Assembly (NCBI GenBank): GCA_017856205.1 | Contig: JAFMFL010000001.1 | Coordinates: 1-53,331 of the forward strand | From: Flavobacteriaceae bacterium | Lineage (GTDB): Bacteria > Bacteroidota > Bacteroidia > Flavobacteriales > Flavobacteriaceae | Reading direction: 5' to 3' | Length of the DNA: 53,331 nucleotides | In this document: in pieces, positions 43,559 to 52,841 of the stretch | Layout of the letters: each line of letters begins with the position of its first letter | Position numbering within the stretch: the first letter of the stretch is position 1 | The notes under the pieces: generated by a model | What the model was told of the DNA's origin: nothing | Database searches by the model: none | The model's input: only the letters and a program-made list of their open reading frames with translations | Made by a program: the position numbers and the translations under genes

Positions 43559-44457
43559 GGCTGTTGGTTTTTTGTTAGACTTAAAAACTGCTCTTCAAGG
43601 CTTTTGTGTTTTTGAGCAAAATGCGTAATGATGATGCCTTGCTCACTTAACGATTTGCTAAGTTCTGTAGCGGTCATAGATTTGCTTGGATATGCGAGAA
43701 TATGAGTGTTATAGACTTCGATTTTTTCAATATCCTGATGAGATTCAAGAACTTTTTGTAATGCATTTAAATCTGTTGCATTGAGTTCAAAATAGCCATG
43801 ATCGGTGGTAAGTGCGGTTACTTTACCAAAGTAAATTCGTTTTCCTTTTTGCAACACCAACACGTGTGAGCACACTTTTTCTACCTCGTCTAATAAGTGC
43901 GATGCCAATAGAATGGTGGCGCCTTGTGCTGCAATTTTTTGGATTATACCCCTCACTTGCGCAATGCCTTGTGGATCTAAACCGTTTGTGGGTTCGTCCA
44001 GAATTAGAATTTCGGGGTCGTTCAGTAGGGCGGAGGCAATTGCCAAACGCTGTTTCATCCCTAACGAATAGGTTTTAAACGTATCGTTTTTTCGATCTAA
44101 TAAATCAACCAGTTCTAATTTTTCTTCAATCTTAGATTTCGGCACTTCTTTAATTCGACATACCAAACGCAAGTTTTGCGCAGCGGTCATGTATGGATAA
44201 AAATTGGGTCGTTCGATAATTGCCCCAACGCGCTTTAGCGCCTGATGGGTATTTTTTGCTCCATCAAACCATGAAAATGTTCCTGAACTTGGATTTACTA
44301 CATTGAGAATCATGCCAAGTGTGGTGGATTTTCCACTGCCGTTAGGACCAAGAATACCATATACATTTCCTTTATTTATGGAAAAAGAAAGCGAATTTAC
44401 GGCAGTAAGGTGTCCAAATTTTTTGGTTAAGTCTGTTACGGTTAAAATGGTGCTCAT
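43555..44457 (-). CDS. ABC transporter ATP-binding protein (BcrA-like exporter)
   Basis: Walker A GPNGSGKST, signature YSLGMKQR, Walker B ILDEPTNGLD. Confidence 0.95.
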   Translation of the reverse strand: MSTILTVTDLTKKFGHLTAVNSLSFSINKGNVYGILGPNGSGKSTTLGMILNVVNPSSGTFSWFDGAKNTHQALKRVGAIIERPNFYPYMTAAQNLRLVCRIKEVPKSKIEEKLELVDLLDRKNDTFKTYSLGMKQRLAIASALLNDPEILILDEPTNGLDPQGIAQVRGIIQKIAAQGATILLASHLLDEVEKVCSHVLVLQKGKRIYFGKVTALTTDHGYFELNATDLNALQKVLESHQDIEKIEVYNTHILAYPSKSMTATELSKSLSEQGIIITHFAQKHKSLEEQFLSLTKNQQP

Positions 44458-44512
44458 TGCTCTATTAACGTAATTTGCTGAATTTTGTTACACAAAGTCC
44501 TAACTTTGAGGC

Positions 44513-45577
44513 ATGCTCGATAAGCTAATTTCGAAAAAAAAGCCCACCTATCCTATTAGTCCGTTTTTGGCGGACTATTTGGAAGAGTATTCGCGGTCGC
44601 TTGAAATTCCTGTTTTTTACGATGATTTGTTGCGTTTTTCTGGTTCGGTGGCGGTAATGGATAAGCACGATAACGATAGCCTTTGGGTGCGCGTGTACTA
44701 TTCCGATAGCGATAGAAAAGAAATAGATGAACAGCTTAAACACGTTTATGCATTGTTGCATTCAGATGGAAGTTCCATGACCATTCCGTACCTCAATGTG
44801 GATTGCATTGACTATTGTACGTTTGGAAACTCCAAGCCTTTTCGGGTTAAAATTCGTAATACGCTGAATGATAACTTCATCTATTTTTATGTGAAAAAAG
44901 CAGATGCTTCACGGATATACGGGTTAGAATTAGAGCATATGCTTTCACCTTATAATTTAAATTTTTTGGTGTATCAAAATACGCTTATTGAGGAGCATAT
45001 TGCAGGTATTCCGGGTGATGAGTTTATAAAAGATTTCCTACCCAAGTGCACCAACGCTGAGCGCAGTCAAATTGCCAAATCGTTTGTGAAGTTTAATGAG
45101 CGTTGCATGATTCGCTTATTGGGGGATATGCGCGCCTATAATTATGTTATTGTACCTATTCATGACTTTGATAAAGTGGTGTATAAAATTCGCGCGATTG
45201 ATTTTGACCAACAATCCTACGAAGGGAGTTTGAAAGTATATCGTCCGCAATTTTTTAAAGAAAATCTACCCATGGTTGATTTGGTAAAAAATCATTTGAC
45301 CAAAACCTCCATTGATCAATATAAAATTGAAGAGCGCGCTACCATCGCTCGACGTATTTTGGGCAATGAAACGCGTTTAACGCAACTCTTGAAGTGCATG
45401 TTAAACGACCATATTTCTACACCTGAAAAAGTGAAGCAGTTAGGCAATGAAGTATATGGCTTAATTAAGCAATCTTCGTTTTTGAAAAGTCGTTCAATGG
45501 GAGAGGTTATGCGTGCAGCGTTTCACTTTGTAAAGCGCAACTACGAAAATCACGAAATGCTTCGGGTAAATCGCTAG
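44513..45577 (+). CDS. Conserved hypothetical protein with a putative PI3K/HipA-like atypical kinase fold
   Basis: 354-aa ORF with TAACTTTG 4 nt before the ATG. Motifs GNSKP, YVKK, LIEEH, LLGDMRAYNY, AIDFD. Confidence 0.75.
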   Translation: MLDKLISKKKPTYPISPFLADYLEEYSRSLEIPVFYDDLLRFSGSVAVMDKHDNDSLWVRVYYSDSDRKEIDEQLKHVYALLHSDGSSMTIPYLNVDCIDYCTFGNSKPFRVKIRNTLNDNFIYFYVKKADASRIYGLELEHMLSPYNLNFLVYQNTLIEEHIAGIPGDEFIKDFLPKCTNAERSQIAKSFVKFNERCMIRLLGDMRAYNYVIVPIHDFDKVVYKIRAIDFDQQSYEGSLKVYRPQFFKENLPMVDLVKNHLTKTSIDQYKIEERATIARRILGNETRLTQLLKCMLNDHISTPEKVKQLGNEVYGLIKQSSFLKSRSMGEVMRAAFHFVKRNYENHEMLRVNR

Positions 45578-46068
45578 TACCAGTCGTCTGAGGGTTCCTC
45601 AAAATCATCCAAACCGTTTTCGTCAAAGTCGTTTTCACCCCACGGATCTTTTTCGGCTTCAAATGTTTTTTCGGGTGCTTCCTCTGGCACTTCGCCATGC
45701 GAAAAAAGAAGCAATGGATAGGAATTTCCCGGTTTGGGTTCATCGGTTTCTATCAATTCTACAAAGAATGTCCACAGATTTAGAAAATCATAGACATACA
45801 GCATTTTGGAAACTTCTGGGAATACGTCTTGAAGTAAGGTGTCGCTCATACGTCGCGCGTCATCCTCTCCCATATCAAACAACGAAATGGAATCGCCTTG
45901 CTGCCATTCATCATCACTTTCATAAAAAACTGCCATTTCGGAACCACCAAAGCCAAAAGCTTGTGTAATGGCGTTATGAAAATCTTCAAAAGTGGCATTT
46001 TCCTCCAATGCAATATCTCGAAAAACGTCCTCTTTGGTGTCTAAAATAAGTCTAAAGTGATAAATCAT
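45574..46068 (-). CDS. pRiA4b ORF-3 / IS1096 passenger TnpR-like family protein
   Basis: VFRDIAL, DFHNAITQAFGF, YVYDFLNLWTFFVEL, acidic tail. Start set at MIYHFRL. Confidence 0.8.
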   Translation of the reverse strand: MIYHFRLILDTKEDVFRDIALEENATFEDFHNAITQAFGFGGSEMAVFYESDDEWQQGDSISLFDMGEDDARRMSDTLLQDVFPEVSKMLYVYDFLNLWTFFVELIETDEPKPGNSYPLLLFSHGEVPEEAPEKTFEAEKDPWGENDFDENGLDDFEEPSDDWY

Positions 46069-47083
46069 AACGATGTAAATTAATGCGTAAAACCCAATAA
46101 AGCTGAACGCCGAACAAAAGCGTGGCAAGAACCAGATGTAAGGGTTGGGTGGCAAAGGGGAAATCGAAATAAAACATAGCAATGCCAAGGGCTATTTCAC
46201 CACTCACGAGCCATAAAATGCGTTTAATAAAAATTTGCTCTATGTTATCTTTAACCACCCGAATGAATAGCAAAATATTTGCTGCAACCACAAACAAAGA
46301 CAGACTCCTATGGATGTAAAAATTGAGTTCTGGCGCAGCCAACCAAAACTGGGGTAAGTCGTATCCCCATCGTTCAACTTGTAAATCCACAAACTGTCGT
46401 ACTTGAATGCCTAAAATAATTTGAATCAGAGTAAGGGCAAAGGTTCCGTAAAGCAACACACGGATTTTTCGTGACGGAAGTTTGCTTAACCCAAAGGACT
46501 TTGAGGCTACACGAACCACTAACAAAAAACCAATAAGTAACAATGCCATTAGCATGTGTAACGAAATTTTTAGCGGTAACAAATTAGAATCTACAACAGT
46601 TTTTCCTAACCATGCTTGGAATAGTATTCCCAAAAGCGAGAGCAAAGCAAAAATAAAAATGATAGGTTTTTTTCGCCACCACTTTACACTATATCCAAAA
46701 AGGATGAGAATTGCCAAACCAGAGAGCGCACCCAATAATCTATTAATAAATTCAATCCACGTGTGGGTGGCGTTAAAATGTGCGTAATCGTGCTTGGTGT
46801 AGGGCTTCCATAATTCAGGGTTGAATGTATCGGTAGAAGTAAATGTATCAGCAGCAACTAACAAGCGGTCTTGGTCAATGATTACATTCCCTTTTTTAAA
46901 AGTGGTGTTTGGCTTCCATGCCAATTGCTCTACTTGTGTTGGAGGAATGTAATAGCCAAAACACTTGGGCCAATCTGGGCAACCCATACCACTTCCAGTC
47001 ATACGTACAGTTGCCCCAGCAGCAATAACAAGATACACTACAATGAGTGAAATGCGTGTCCAGCGTTGAAGGTTTTTGTACAT
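46052..47083 (-). CDS. ctaA: COX15/CtaA family heme A synthase
   Basis: GATVRMTGSGMGCPDWPKC, WIEFINR, QAWLG, LHM, IHR, QPLHL; 8 TM helices. Confidence 0.85.
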   Translation of the reverse strand: MYKNLQRWTRISLIVVYLVIAAGATVRMTGSGMGCPDWPKCFGYYIPPTQVEQLAWKPNTTFKKGNVIIDQDRLLVAADTFTSTDTFNPELWKPYTKHDYAHFNATHTWIEFINRLLGALSGLAILILFGYSVKWWRKKPIIFIFALLSLLGILFQAWLGKTVVDSNLLPLKISLHMLMALLLIGFLLVVRVASKSFGLSKLPSRKIRVLLYGTFALTLIQIILGIQVRQFVDLQVERWGYDLPQFWLAAPELNFYIHRSLSLFVVAANILLFIRVVKDNIEQIFIKRILWLVSGEIALGIAMFYFDFPFATQPLHLVLATLLFGVQLYWVLRINLHRYDLSL

Positions 47084-47085
47084 AA

Positions 47086-48516
47086 CTAGGCGGGAAATAA
47101 ACCCATAGATTTTGCTTTGGTTAACATAAATGCGTGAGCAGCATCGTATTCGTTTGGAATATCACCTTCCAAAATGGCTTCTTTGATAGCATCTTTGATT
47201 TCTCCCACTTGACGGCAAGGCTTTAATGCAAAAATACGCATGATTTCCTCTCCTGATACAGGCGGTTGAAAGTTTCGGATGTGGTCTCTAGCTTCAACTT
47301 CGATTACTTTTTCTTTTACGACTTCAAAGTTTTTATGATAGCGGGCAAAGCGCTTAGGGTTTTTGGTGGTAATGTCTGCTTTACAGAGTAAAAGTAAATC
47401 GTCTAATAAATCCCCAGCATCAAAAATAAGACGTCGCACCGCAGAATCGGTGACTTCTTCTTGCGCAATCACGATGGGTCTTGAACTCATATAAACGAGC
47501 TTTTGCACATATTTCATTTTCTCATTTAGTGGCATACGTAGGCGCTTAAAAAGCTTAAACACCATTTTGGCCCCAACGAATTCGTGTGCGTGAAATGTCC
47601 ATCCCACTTTTTTATCAAATTTTTTAGTGGGTGCTTTGCCAATATCGTGTAACAATGCTGCCCAGCGTAACCAAACATTTTCAGAATTTTCGCTGATATT
47701 GTCTACAACTTCAAGGGTGTGATAAAAATTGTCTTTGTGGCGTTGCCCCTCCACTTCGTCAATACCTTTTAAGGCAATAAGTTCGGGAAGAATGCGCTTT
47801 AAGAGTTTTGTTTGATCGAGCAATAAAAATCCTTTAGAAGGCTTTGGGCAAGCCAATATCTTATTCAATTCCTCAACGATTCGCTCTTTAGAGAGTATGT
47901 CAATCCGTTTGCTGTTATTTGCAATGGAGTCAAATGATTTTTGTGCAATCGTAAACCCTAACTGATTCGAAAATCGTATTGCACGTAACATTCGCAACGG
48001 GTCATCAGAATATGTAACATCTGGGTCAAGAGGCGTTCGTATAATCCCATCTTTTAAATCCTGAATACCATTAAAGGGATCCAATAGTGCTCCGAAATTA
48101 TCCGCATTTAAACAAAGCGCCAAGGCGTTGATGGTAAAATCACGGCGGTTTTGGTCATCTTCAAGTGTTCCATTTTCAACTACAGGGTTACGGCTATCCG
48201 CCGAATAACTTTCTTTTCGTGCGCCAACAAATTCAAGTTGAATATCTTCAAATTTAATCATGGCGGTGCCATAGGTTTTAAATACCTGAATTTGATTTTT
48301 ACCGGGAAGTAATTCGGCTACTTTTTTGGCAAGTGCAATACCGCTTCCCACGGCAACAATATCGATGTCTGTACCCGTTTCTCTTTCTAGAAGTGTGTCA
48401 CGGACAAATCCGCCAATCACATAGGCTTCTACACCCAAAGCATCTGCGGCTTTTTGGATGTAAGCAAATGCAGGCAATTCAAGCGCCTTTTCGATGTGCT
48501 GTTTGTTGGTTTTCAT
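47086..48516 (-). CDS. cca: CCA tRNA nucleotidyltransferase with HD domain
   Basis: GGFVRD, DIDI, RRDFTINA, DDPLRMLRAIRF, LLHDIGK. Confidence 0.9.
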   Translation of the reverse strand: MKTNKQHIEKALELPAFAYIQKAADALGVEAYVIGGFVRDTLLERETGTDIDIVAVGSGIALAKKVAELLPGKNQIQVFKTYGTAMIKFEDIQLEFVGARKESYSADSRNPVVENGTLEDDQNRRDFTINALALCLNADNFGALLDPFNGIQDLKDGIIRTPLDPDVTYSDDPLRMLRAIRFSNQLGFTIAQKSFDSIANNSKRIDILSKERIVEELNKILACPKPSKGFLLLDQTKLLKRILPELIALKGIDEVEGQRHKDNFYHTLEVVDNISENSENVWLRWAALLHDIGKAPTKKFDKKVGWTFHAHEFVGAKMVFKLFKRLRMPLNEKMKYVQKLVYMSSRPIVIAQEEVTDSAVRRLIFDAGDLLDDLLLLCKADITTKNPKRFARYHKNFEVVKEKVIEVEARDHIRNFQPPVSGEEIMRIFALKPCRQVGEIKDAIKEAILEGDIPNEYDAAHAFMLTKAKSMGLFPA

Positions 48517-49067
48517 CGCAATTGTTGCACGCTTCCGTCGGGCATTACTTGCAAAACCTGAGAGGGAACACGCGCTACTTTATCTTTATCCAAAGGTACT
48601 GTTTCGTCCACTTGCGCCAAAATGTATGGGTCAATTTCGCGAAATGTGGCAGGAATGGGTTCCCCACTTAGATTTGCGGAAGTACTCACTATGGGTTTTC
48701 CAAAAGCAGCAATCAAATCAAGAGCAAAGCAGGGTTTCGGAATCCTGATGGCAACGCTGTCATTTTCGCTAATGACGCCTTTTGCAAGCCCCTTCCCATA
48801 TGGATATACTAGGGTGGTGGGTCGTTCATTTTGAAGCAATTCTTCGATCTTTTTAGGAATCGTTTCTACATACTGCCTTAGCATATCGATATTAGAAACA
48901 AGCGCAATAAGTGGCTTGTTTTTTGGGCGGTTTTTTAGATTAAAAATAGCATCCACTGCTTCTTGATTTGTAGCATCACAACCTAATCCCCATATGGTGT
49001 CGGCAGGGTATAGGAGTGTTTTTCCTGCGTGAAGAGCTTTTGTATATTTTTTGATTTCAGCTATCAT
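48513..49067 (-). CDS. tsaC: L-threonylcarbamoyladenylate synthase (Sua5/YrdC)
   Basis: YPADTIWGLGCD, KNRPKNKPLI, AIRIP, STSANLSG. Confidence 0.9.
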   Translation of the reverse strand: MIAEIKKYTKALHAGKTLLYPADTIWGLGCDATNQEAVDAIFNLKNRPKNKPLIALVSNIDMLRQYVETIPKKIEELLQNERPTTLVYPYGKGLAKGVISENDSVAIRIPKPCFALDLIAAFGKPIVSTSANLSGEPIPATFREIDPYILAQVDETVPLDKDKVARVPSQVLQVMPDGSVQQLR

Positions 49068-50899
49068 TTTTTATGTTCTGAAGCTATTTTAGCCTTAAGC
49101 CAAGTTTCCCTAGTTCTCAGTTTGCAAATTATCCATCCAGTTTTTCCATCCAAAAATCCTCCACGCAAAATATAGCTGTTCAAAAACTTAAACGCAGGTT
49201 TTATGTACAAATTAAAAGACCCAATTCTTTTGTTTTGCTTTATATACGCTAGTGCAGCATAGTTCGCGTAACGGTCTATTTTTTTGGCATACCGCTCTAA
49301 ATCTGTTGTAGTGTAATGAATGATTTTACTTTTTAAACTTCCAAAAGGTTTGGTCTGTTCAATTTCTTCGTGCACCATTTTGTTTTCATACCTGTGAAAA
49401 TCTCGATGAAAAAAACGTACTACACGATCGTTTTGCCAACCACAAAACCTCACTTTTTTTCCTAAGAAATAGTTTTCTCTCCACATCCAATAGGCAGTGT
49501 GTTTGGGTCTAGTGTACAATAGGTTTTTTAACTCTGAAGCCAAATTTGGCGAGGCTTCTTCATCTGCATCAAGCAGCACAATCCAGGGATGCTTTGCATG
49601 AGGAATAGCCCAATTTTTTTGATCTGCAGCGTAGTTGTACTTGTGCTGTAAGACGGTCGCCCCTAAGTTTTCACAAATAGCAATAGTATTGTCTGTGCTG
49701 AAGGAGTCAATCACTAAAATTTCATCTGCCCATTCAATGGATTTTATGCATTTTTCAATGTTTTTTTCTTCGTTAAAAGTGGTAATTAATGCTGTGATTT
49801 TTGGAATGCTATTTTTTGTAAGGTAAACTGCCAATTTTTTATGAATGGTTGATTTGTCAAACGACTCCAAAACATGTTTTTGCGCAAAAGCACCCATGTT
49901 GGTAATATTTTCTCTGTTTTTATCAAAGGCAATAATAGCGTCACAAAATGTGCCAACTTCGTTTTTGGGAACCATAACACCAGATTTGTCTTGGGCAATA
50001 ACTTCTGGATTTGAACTTATATCAAAAGCAATTGTCGGTTTTTGACACAGTCCAGCCTCGGCAATAACATATCCAAAACCTTCCCATAGTGAGGGCAACA
50101 GAAAGATGTCGCCACTCATATACAAATCCTTTGGATTTTCAACAAATCCAACAAGTTGAACATAAGGTTCAAGCTTATGTGTACTAATTTTTGCTTCAAT
50201 AGAATCTTTAAGCCTGCCACTTCCACCAATAATCATATGAAAATTGATTCCGCGTGTTCGAAGCTCGTTGGCAACATCTATCAAAAAAAGTTGATTTTTT
50301 TGTTCTTCTAGCCGCCCGAGGTTTGTCAAAATCAGCTCCGATGATTTTCGTTTGTAATAGGGCTTGGATTTCTTTTTAATAAAGTCTTTTCCATCAATTC
50401 CGTTTGGAATTACAGTAATGTACTCTTTGGGGAAAAGTGTCGAGTTATTTTCCAAGATACAATGCATGGTAGCCTTTGAATTGACAAGAATTTCATCAAT
50501 TATACTTTTATATAAATACCGATTGAGCGGTGAATTCCGCACAGGAATAGCACTTCCTCTACGATAAATGATACGCTCAACTCCAGCCAATTTTCCAGCA
50601 ATTCCACCCGATTTAACATCTTGAGAAAGATTTAGTACTAAGGTGGAAATTCGATGCTTTTTGAGCATTTTAGCAAAATGCAATAGTTTTAGCGGATTTA
50701 AAAAACTGGTGTTGCTGTTGCTGATGGTTTTGTGGGGAATATTGTGCTTTTTTGCCTTTTGTGAAAGAGCACTTTTTTTATGGCAATAAATCAAAACTGA
50801 GTGCCCAGATTCGTGAAGGTGTTTTGCTATTTCAAAATGCCATTTTTCGCCGCCACCCCAAGGAATTGCCGTATTAAAAAAACAGATGGTTTTAATCAT
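49064..50899 (-). CDS. Bifunctional glycosyltransferase: N-terminal GT4 fused to C-terminal GT2 (LgtF/WaaE-like)
   Basis: GT4 half: WGGGE, LGRLEEQKN, PSLWEGFGYVIAEA. GT2 half: TFNEEKNI, DSFSTDNT, LDADE, VHE. Confidence 0.88.
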   Translation of the reverse strand: MIKTICFFNTAIPWGGGEKWHFEIAKHLHESGHSVLIYCHKKSALSQKAKKHNIPHKTISNSNTSFLNPLKLLHFAKMLKKHRISTLVLNLSQDVKSGGIAGKLAGVERIIYRRGSAIPVRNSPLNRYLYKSIIDEILVNSKATMHCILENNSTLFPKEYITVIPNGIDGKDFIKKKSKPYYKRKSSELILTNLGRLEEQKNQLFLIDVANELRTRGINFHMIIGGSGRLKDSIEAKISTHKLEPYVQLVGFVENPKDLYMSGDIFLLPSLWEGFGYVIAEAGLCQKPTIAFDISSNPEVIAQDKSGVMVPKNEVGTFCDAIIAFDKNRENITNMGAFAQKHVLESFDKSTIHKKLAVYLTKNSIPKITALITTFNEEKNIEKCIKSIEWADEILVIDSFSTDNTIAICENLGATVLQHKYNYAADQKNWAIPHAKHPWIVLLDADEEASPNLASELKNLLYTRPKHTAYWMWRENYFLGKKVRFCGWQNDRVVRFFHRDFHRYENKMVHEEIEQTKPFGSLKSKIIHYTTTDLERYAKKIDRYANYAALAYIKQNKRIGSFNLYIKPAFKFLNSYILRGGFLDGKTGWIICKLRTRETWLKAKIASEHKK

Positions 50900-52002
50900 A
50901 ACAATAGCGATTTATAAAGTGAGTGCCATTGTTTAGCTAAGGATTTGTCATTAAACTTTTGTACATAATCAAGCCCATCTGAAATCCGCTTTTTTCTTAA
51001 TTCGTCAGGCTCAGCATACAAGATTTCAACGGCTTTTCGCAGAGCTTTTTCATCTGTTGGATTAATGTAAATGCTTGATGGGCCACCTGCCTCCGAGAAA
51101 CATCCGCATTTAGTCGTAATAACGGGAACGCCACTGTAGAGCGCCTCTATGATTGGAATGCCAAATCCTTCAAAAAAGGAAGGATAGCAAAACACGGTAG
51201 CATTTTGATAAATTCCTACCAAGTCTTCAATACCAATGTGATTGATAAACAGCACACGGTCTAGCATATTATGTTCTTTTACAAAGGATTTTAATTTTTC
51301 GCCGTGTGCTTTTACTTTTCCAACAAATACCATGTCGTGTTTAGTTTCTTTCAAAGCCTTTGCAATAGACATCGCATTTTTTCGCTCTTCAAGTGTACCT
51401 ACATACAACACAAATTTTTTAGGCAGTTGATATTTTTTTGCAATTTCAGTAAGGCGTTTTTTAGAAAGCGTTGTTTTAAAAACAGGGTCACAGCCCTGAT
51501 AAATCACCTCAATTTTTTCAGACGAAATACCTGTAAACTGTACCAGGTCTGCTTTTGTTTGCTCGCTTATGGCAACCACTTTGGAAGCTGTTTTTAAGGC
51601 ATGATTTACCTTTTTCTTATGGATTGTTACATCAATTGATTTATACAGTTCAGGGTATCGATAAAAAATAAGGTCATGTACAGAAACTACAGATGGTATA
51701 GCAAGCCCTTTGGGCAATTCTCCACTAAGCCCATGATACACATCAATGCTATCCTGTTTTAATTGTCGCACTATCGGACCTTGACGCCAAAGCGCATGAA
51801 GCCCACGCCAAATTCCTCTTGGTTGGTGTTCTGTGGTGTTAGGCAATGCTTTCCAGCGTTTGAGTTTCCCCTTTTTTGGGTTGTAGAGGTGGTAGCTGTT
51901 TTTTGGATAATAGGTAGCCAAAATGCGAACCAAATCACGGCTGTAATTCCCCAACCCACTGGCGTTATGAAAAATTCGTTTGGCATCGTACCCTATACGC
52001 AT
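50896..52002 (-). CDS. Glycosyltransferase family 4
   Basis: GLGNYSR, SVHDLIF, VGTLEERKN, PSFFEGFGIPIIEA. Confidence 0.92.
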   Translation of the reverse strand: MRIGYDAKRIFHNASGLGNYSRDLVRILATYYPKNSYHLYNPKKGKLKRWKALPNTTEHQPRGIWRGLHALWRQGPIVRQLKQDSIDVYHGLSGELPKGLAIPSVVSVHDLIFYRYPELYKSIDVTIHKKKVNHALKTASKVVAISEQTKADLVQFTGISSEKIEVIYQGCDPVFKTTLSKKRLTEIAKKYQLPKKFVLYVGTLEERKNAMSIAKALKETKHDMVFVGKVKAHGEKLKSFVKEHNMLDRVLFINHIGIEDLVGIYQNATVFCYPSFFEGFGIPIIEALYSGVPVITTKCGCFSEAGGPSSIYINPTDEKALRKAVEILYAEPDELRKKRISDGLDYVQKFNDKSLAKQWHSLYKSLLL

Positions 52003-52083
52003 AAAGCAAAATTAATCCAATTAGTTCAGATTGTTATGATTTTAATTAAAGCCTATCTTAGCAAATGTCTTATTCGTTTTTTA

Positions 52084-52839
52084 ATGCATAAAATTAGTAC
52101 GGTTATAATAACTAAAAATGAGGAAACAAATATTGAAAGGTGTTTGCTGTCTGTGGTAGACTTTTCTGACGAAATTATTGTAGTAGACGACTTTTCAACG
52201 GATCAAACTCCTGCTATTTGTAAGCGCTACCATGTTGTTTTTGTTCAAAATGAGTTTAAAGATTTTGCCTTCCAAAAAAATATTGCTTTATCAAAGGCGA
52301 AGCACGCATTGGTTTTTTCGATTGATGCTGACGAAGAGGTGTCTGAAAAACTTAAGCAATCTATTTTGGCAGTTAAATCGAATTCTGATAGCTTATTTTA
52401 TTCTATGAATAGGCAAACAAATTATTTGGGTAAGTGGATCCGTTATTCAGGTTGGTATCCCGACACAAAAATTAGATTGTGGCAAAAAGAACACGCACGT
52501 TGGCAAGGTGCTGTTCATGAGGTTTTACAGCCAAAACCACAAGAAGTTAAGCATCTAAAAGGCGACATACTTCATTATTCATTTCCATCCTTGCAATGGC
52601 ACATTTCCAAATTAAATCATTTTACGGATATCGCAGCAGAACTTATGTTTTCACGAAATAAGCGGGTGAGTTTGATGAAAATGCTGTTCTCAATGAAATT
52701 TAATTTTATAAAAAAATATGTTCTTCAGCTTGGGTTTTTAGATGGATATCACGGGTTTTTAATCGCTTTGATGTCTTCATATTATACCCTATTGAAATAC
52801 GCTAAACTCCGTCATTTGCAATCAAAAGCAAAAAAATAA
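52084..52839 (+). CDS. Glycosyltransferase family 2 (LgtF/WaaE-like, LPS core)
   Basis: IITKNEETNI, DDFSTDQT, IDADE, GWYPD, VHE, GFLDGYHG. Start set at MHKIST. Confidence 0.9.
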   Translation: MHKISTVIITKNEETNIERCLLSVVDFSDEIIVVDDFSTDQTPAICKRYHVVFVQNEFKDFAFQKNIALSKAKHALVFSIDADEEVSEKLKQSILAVKSNSDSLFYSMNRQTNYLGKWIRYSGWYPDTKIRLWQKEHARWQGAVHEVLQPKPQEVKHLKGDILHYSFPSLQWHISKLNHFTDIAAELMFSRNKRVSLMKMLFSMKFNFIKKYVLQLGFLDGYHGFLIALMSSYYTLLKYAKLRHLQSKAKK

Positions 52840-52841
52840 GG

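Noticed and set aside
45574..46068. Possible insertion sequence suggested by the IS1096-passenger-like gene
   Set aside because: No transposase, terminal inverted repeats or target duplication; the gene overlaps core genes on both sides.
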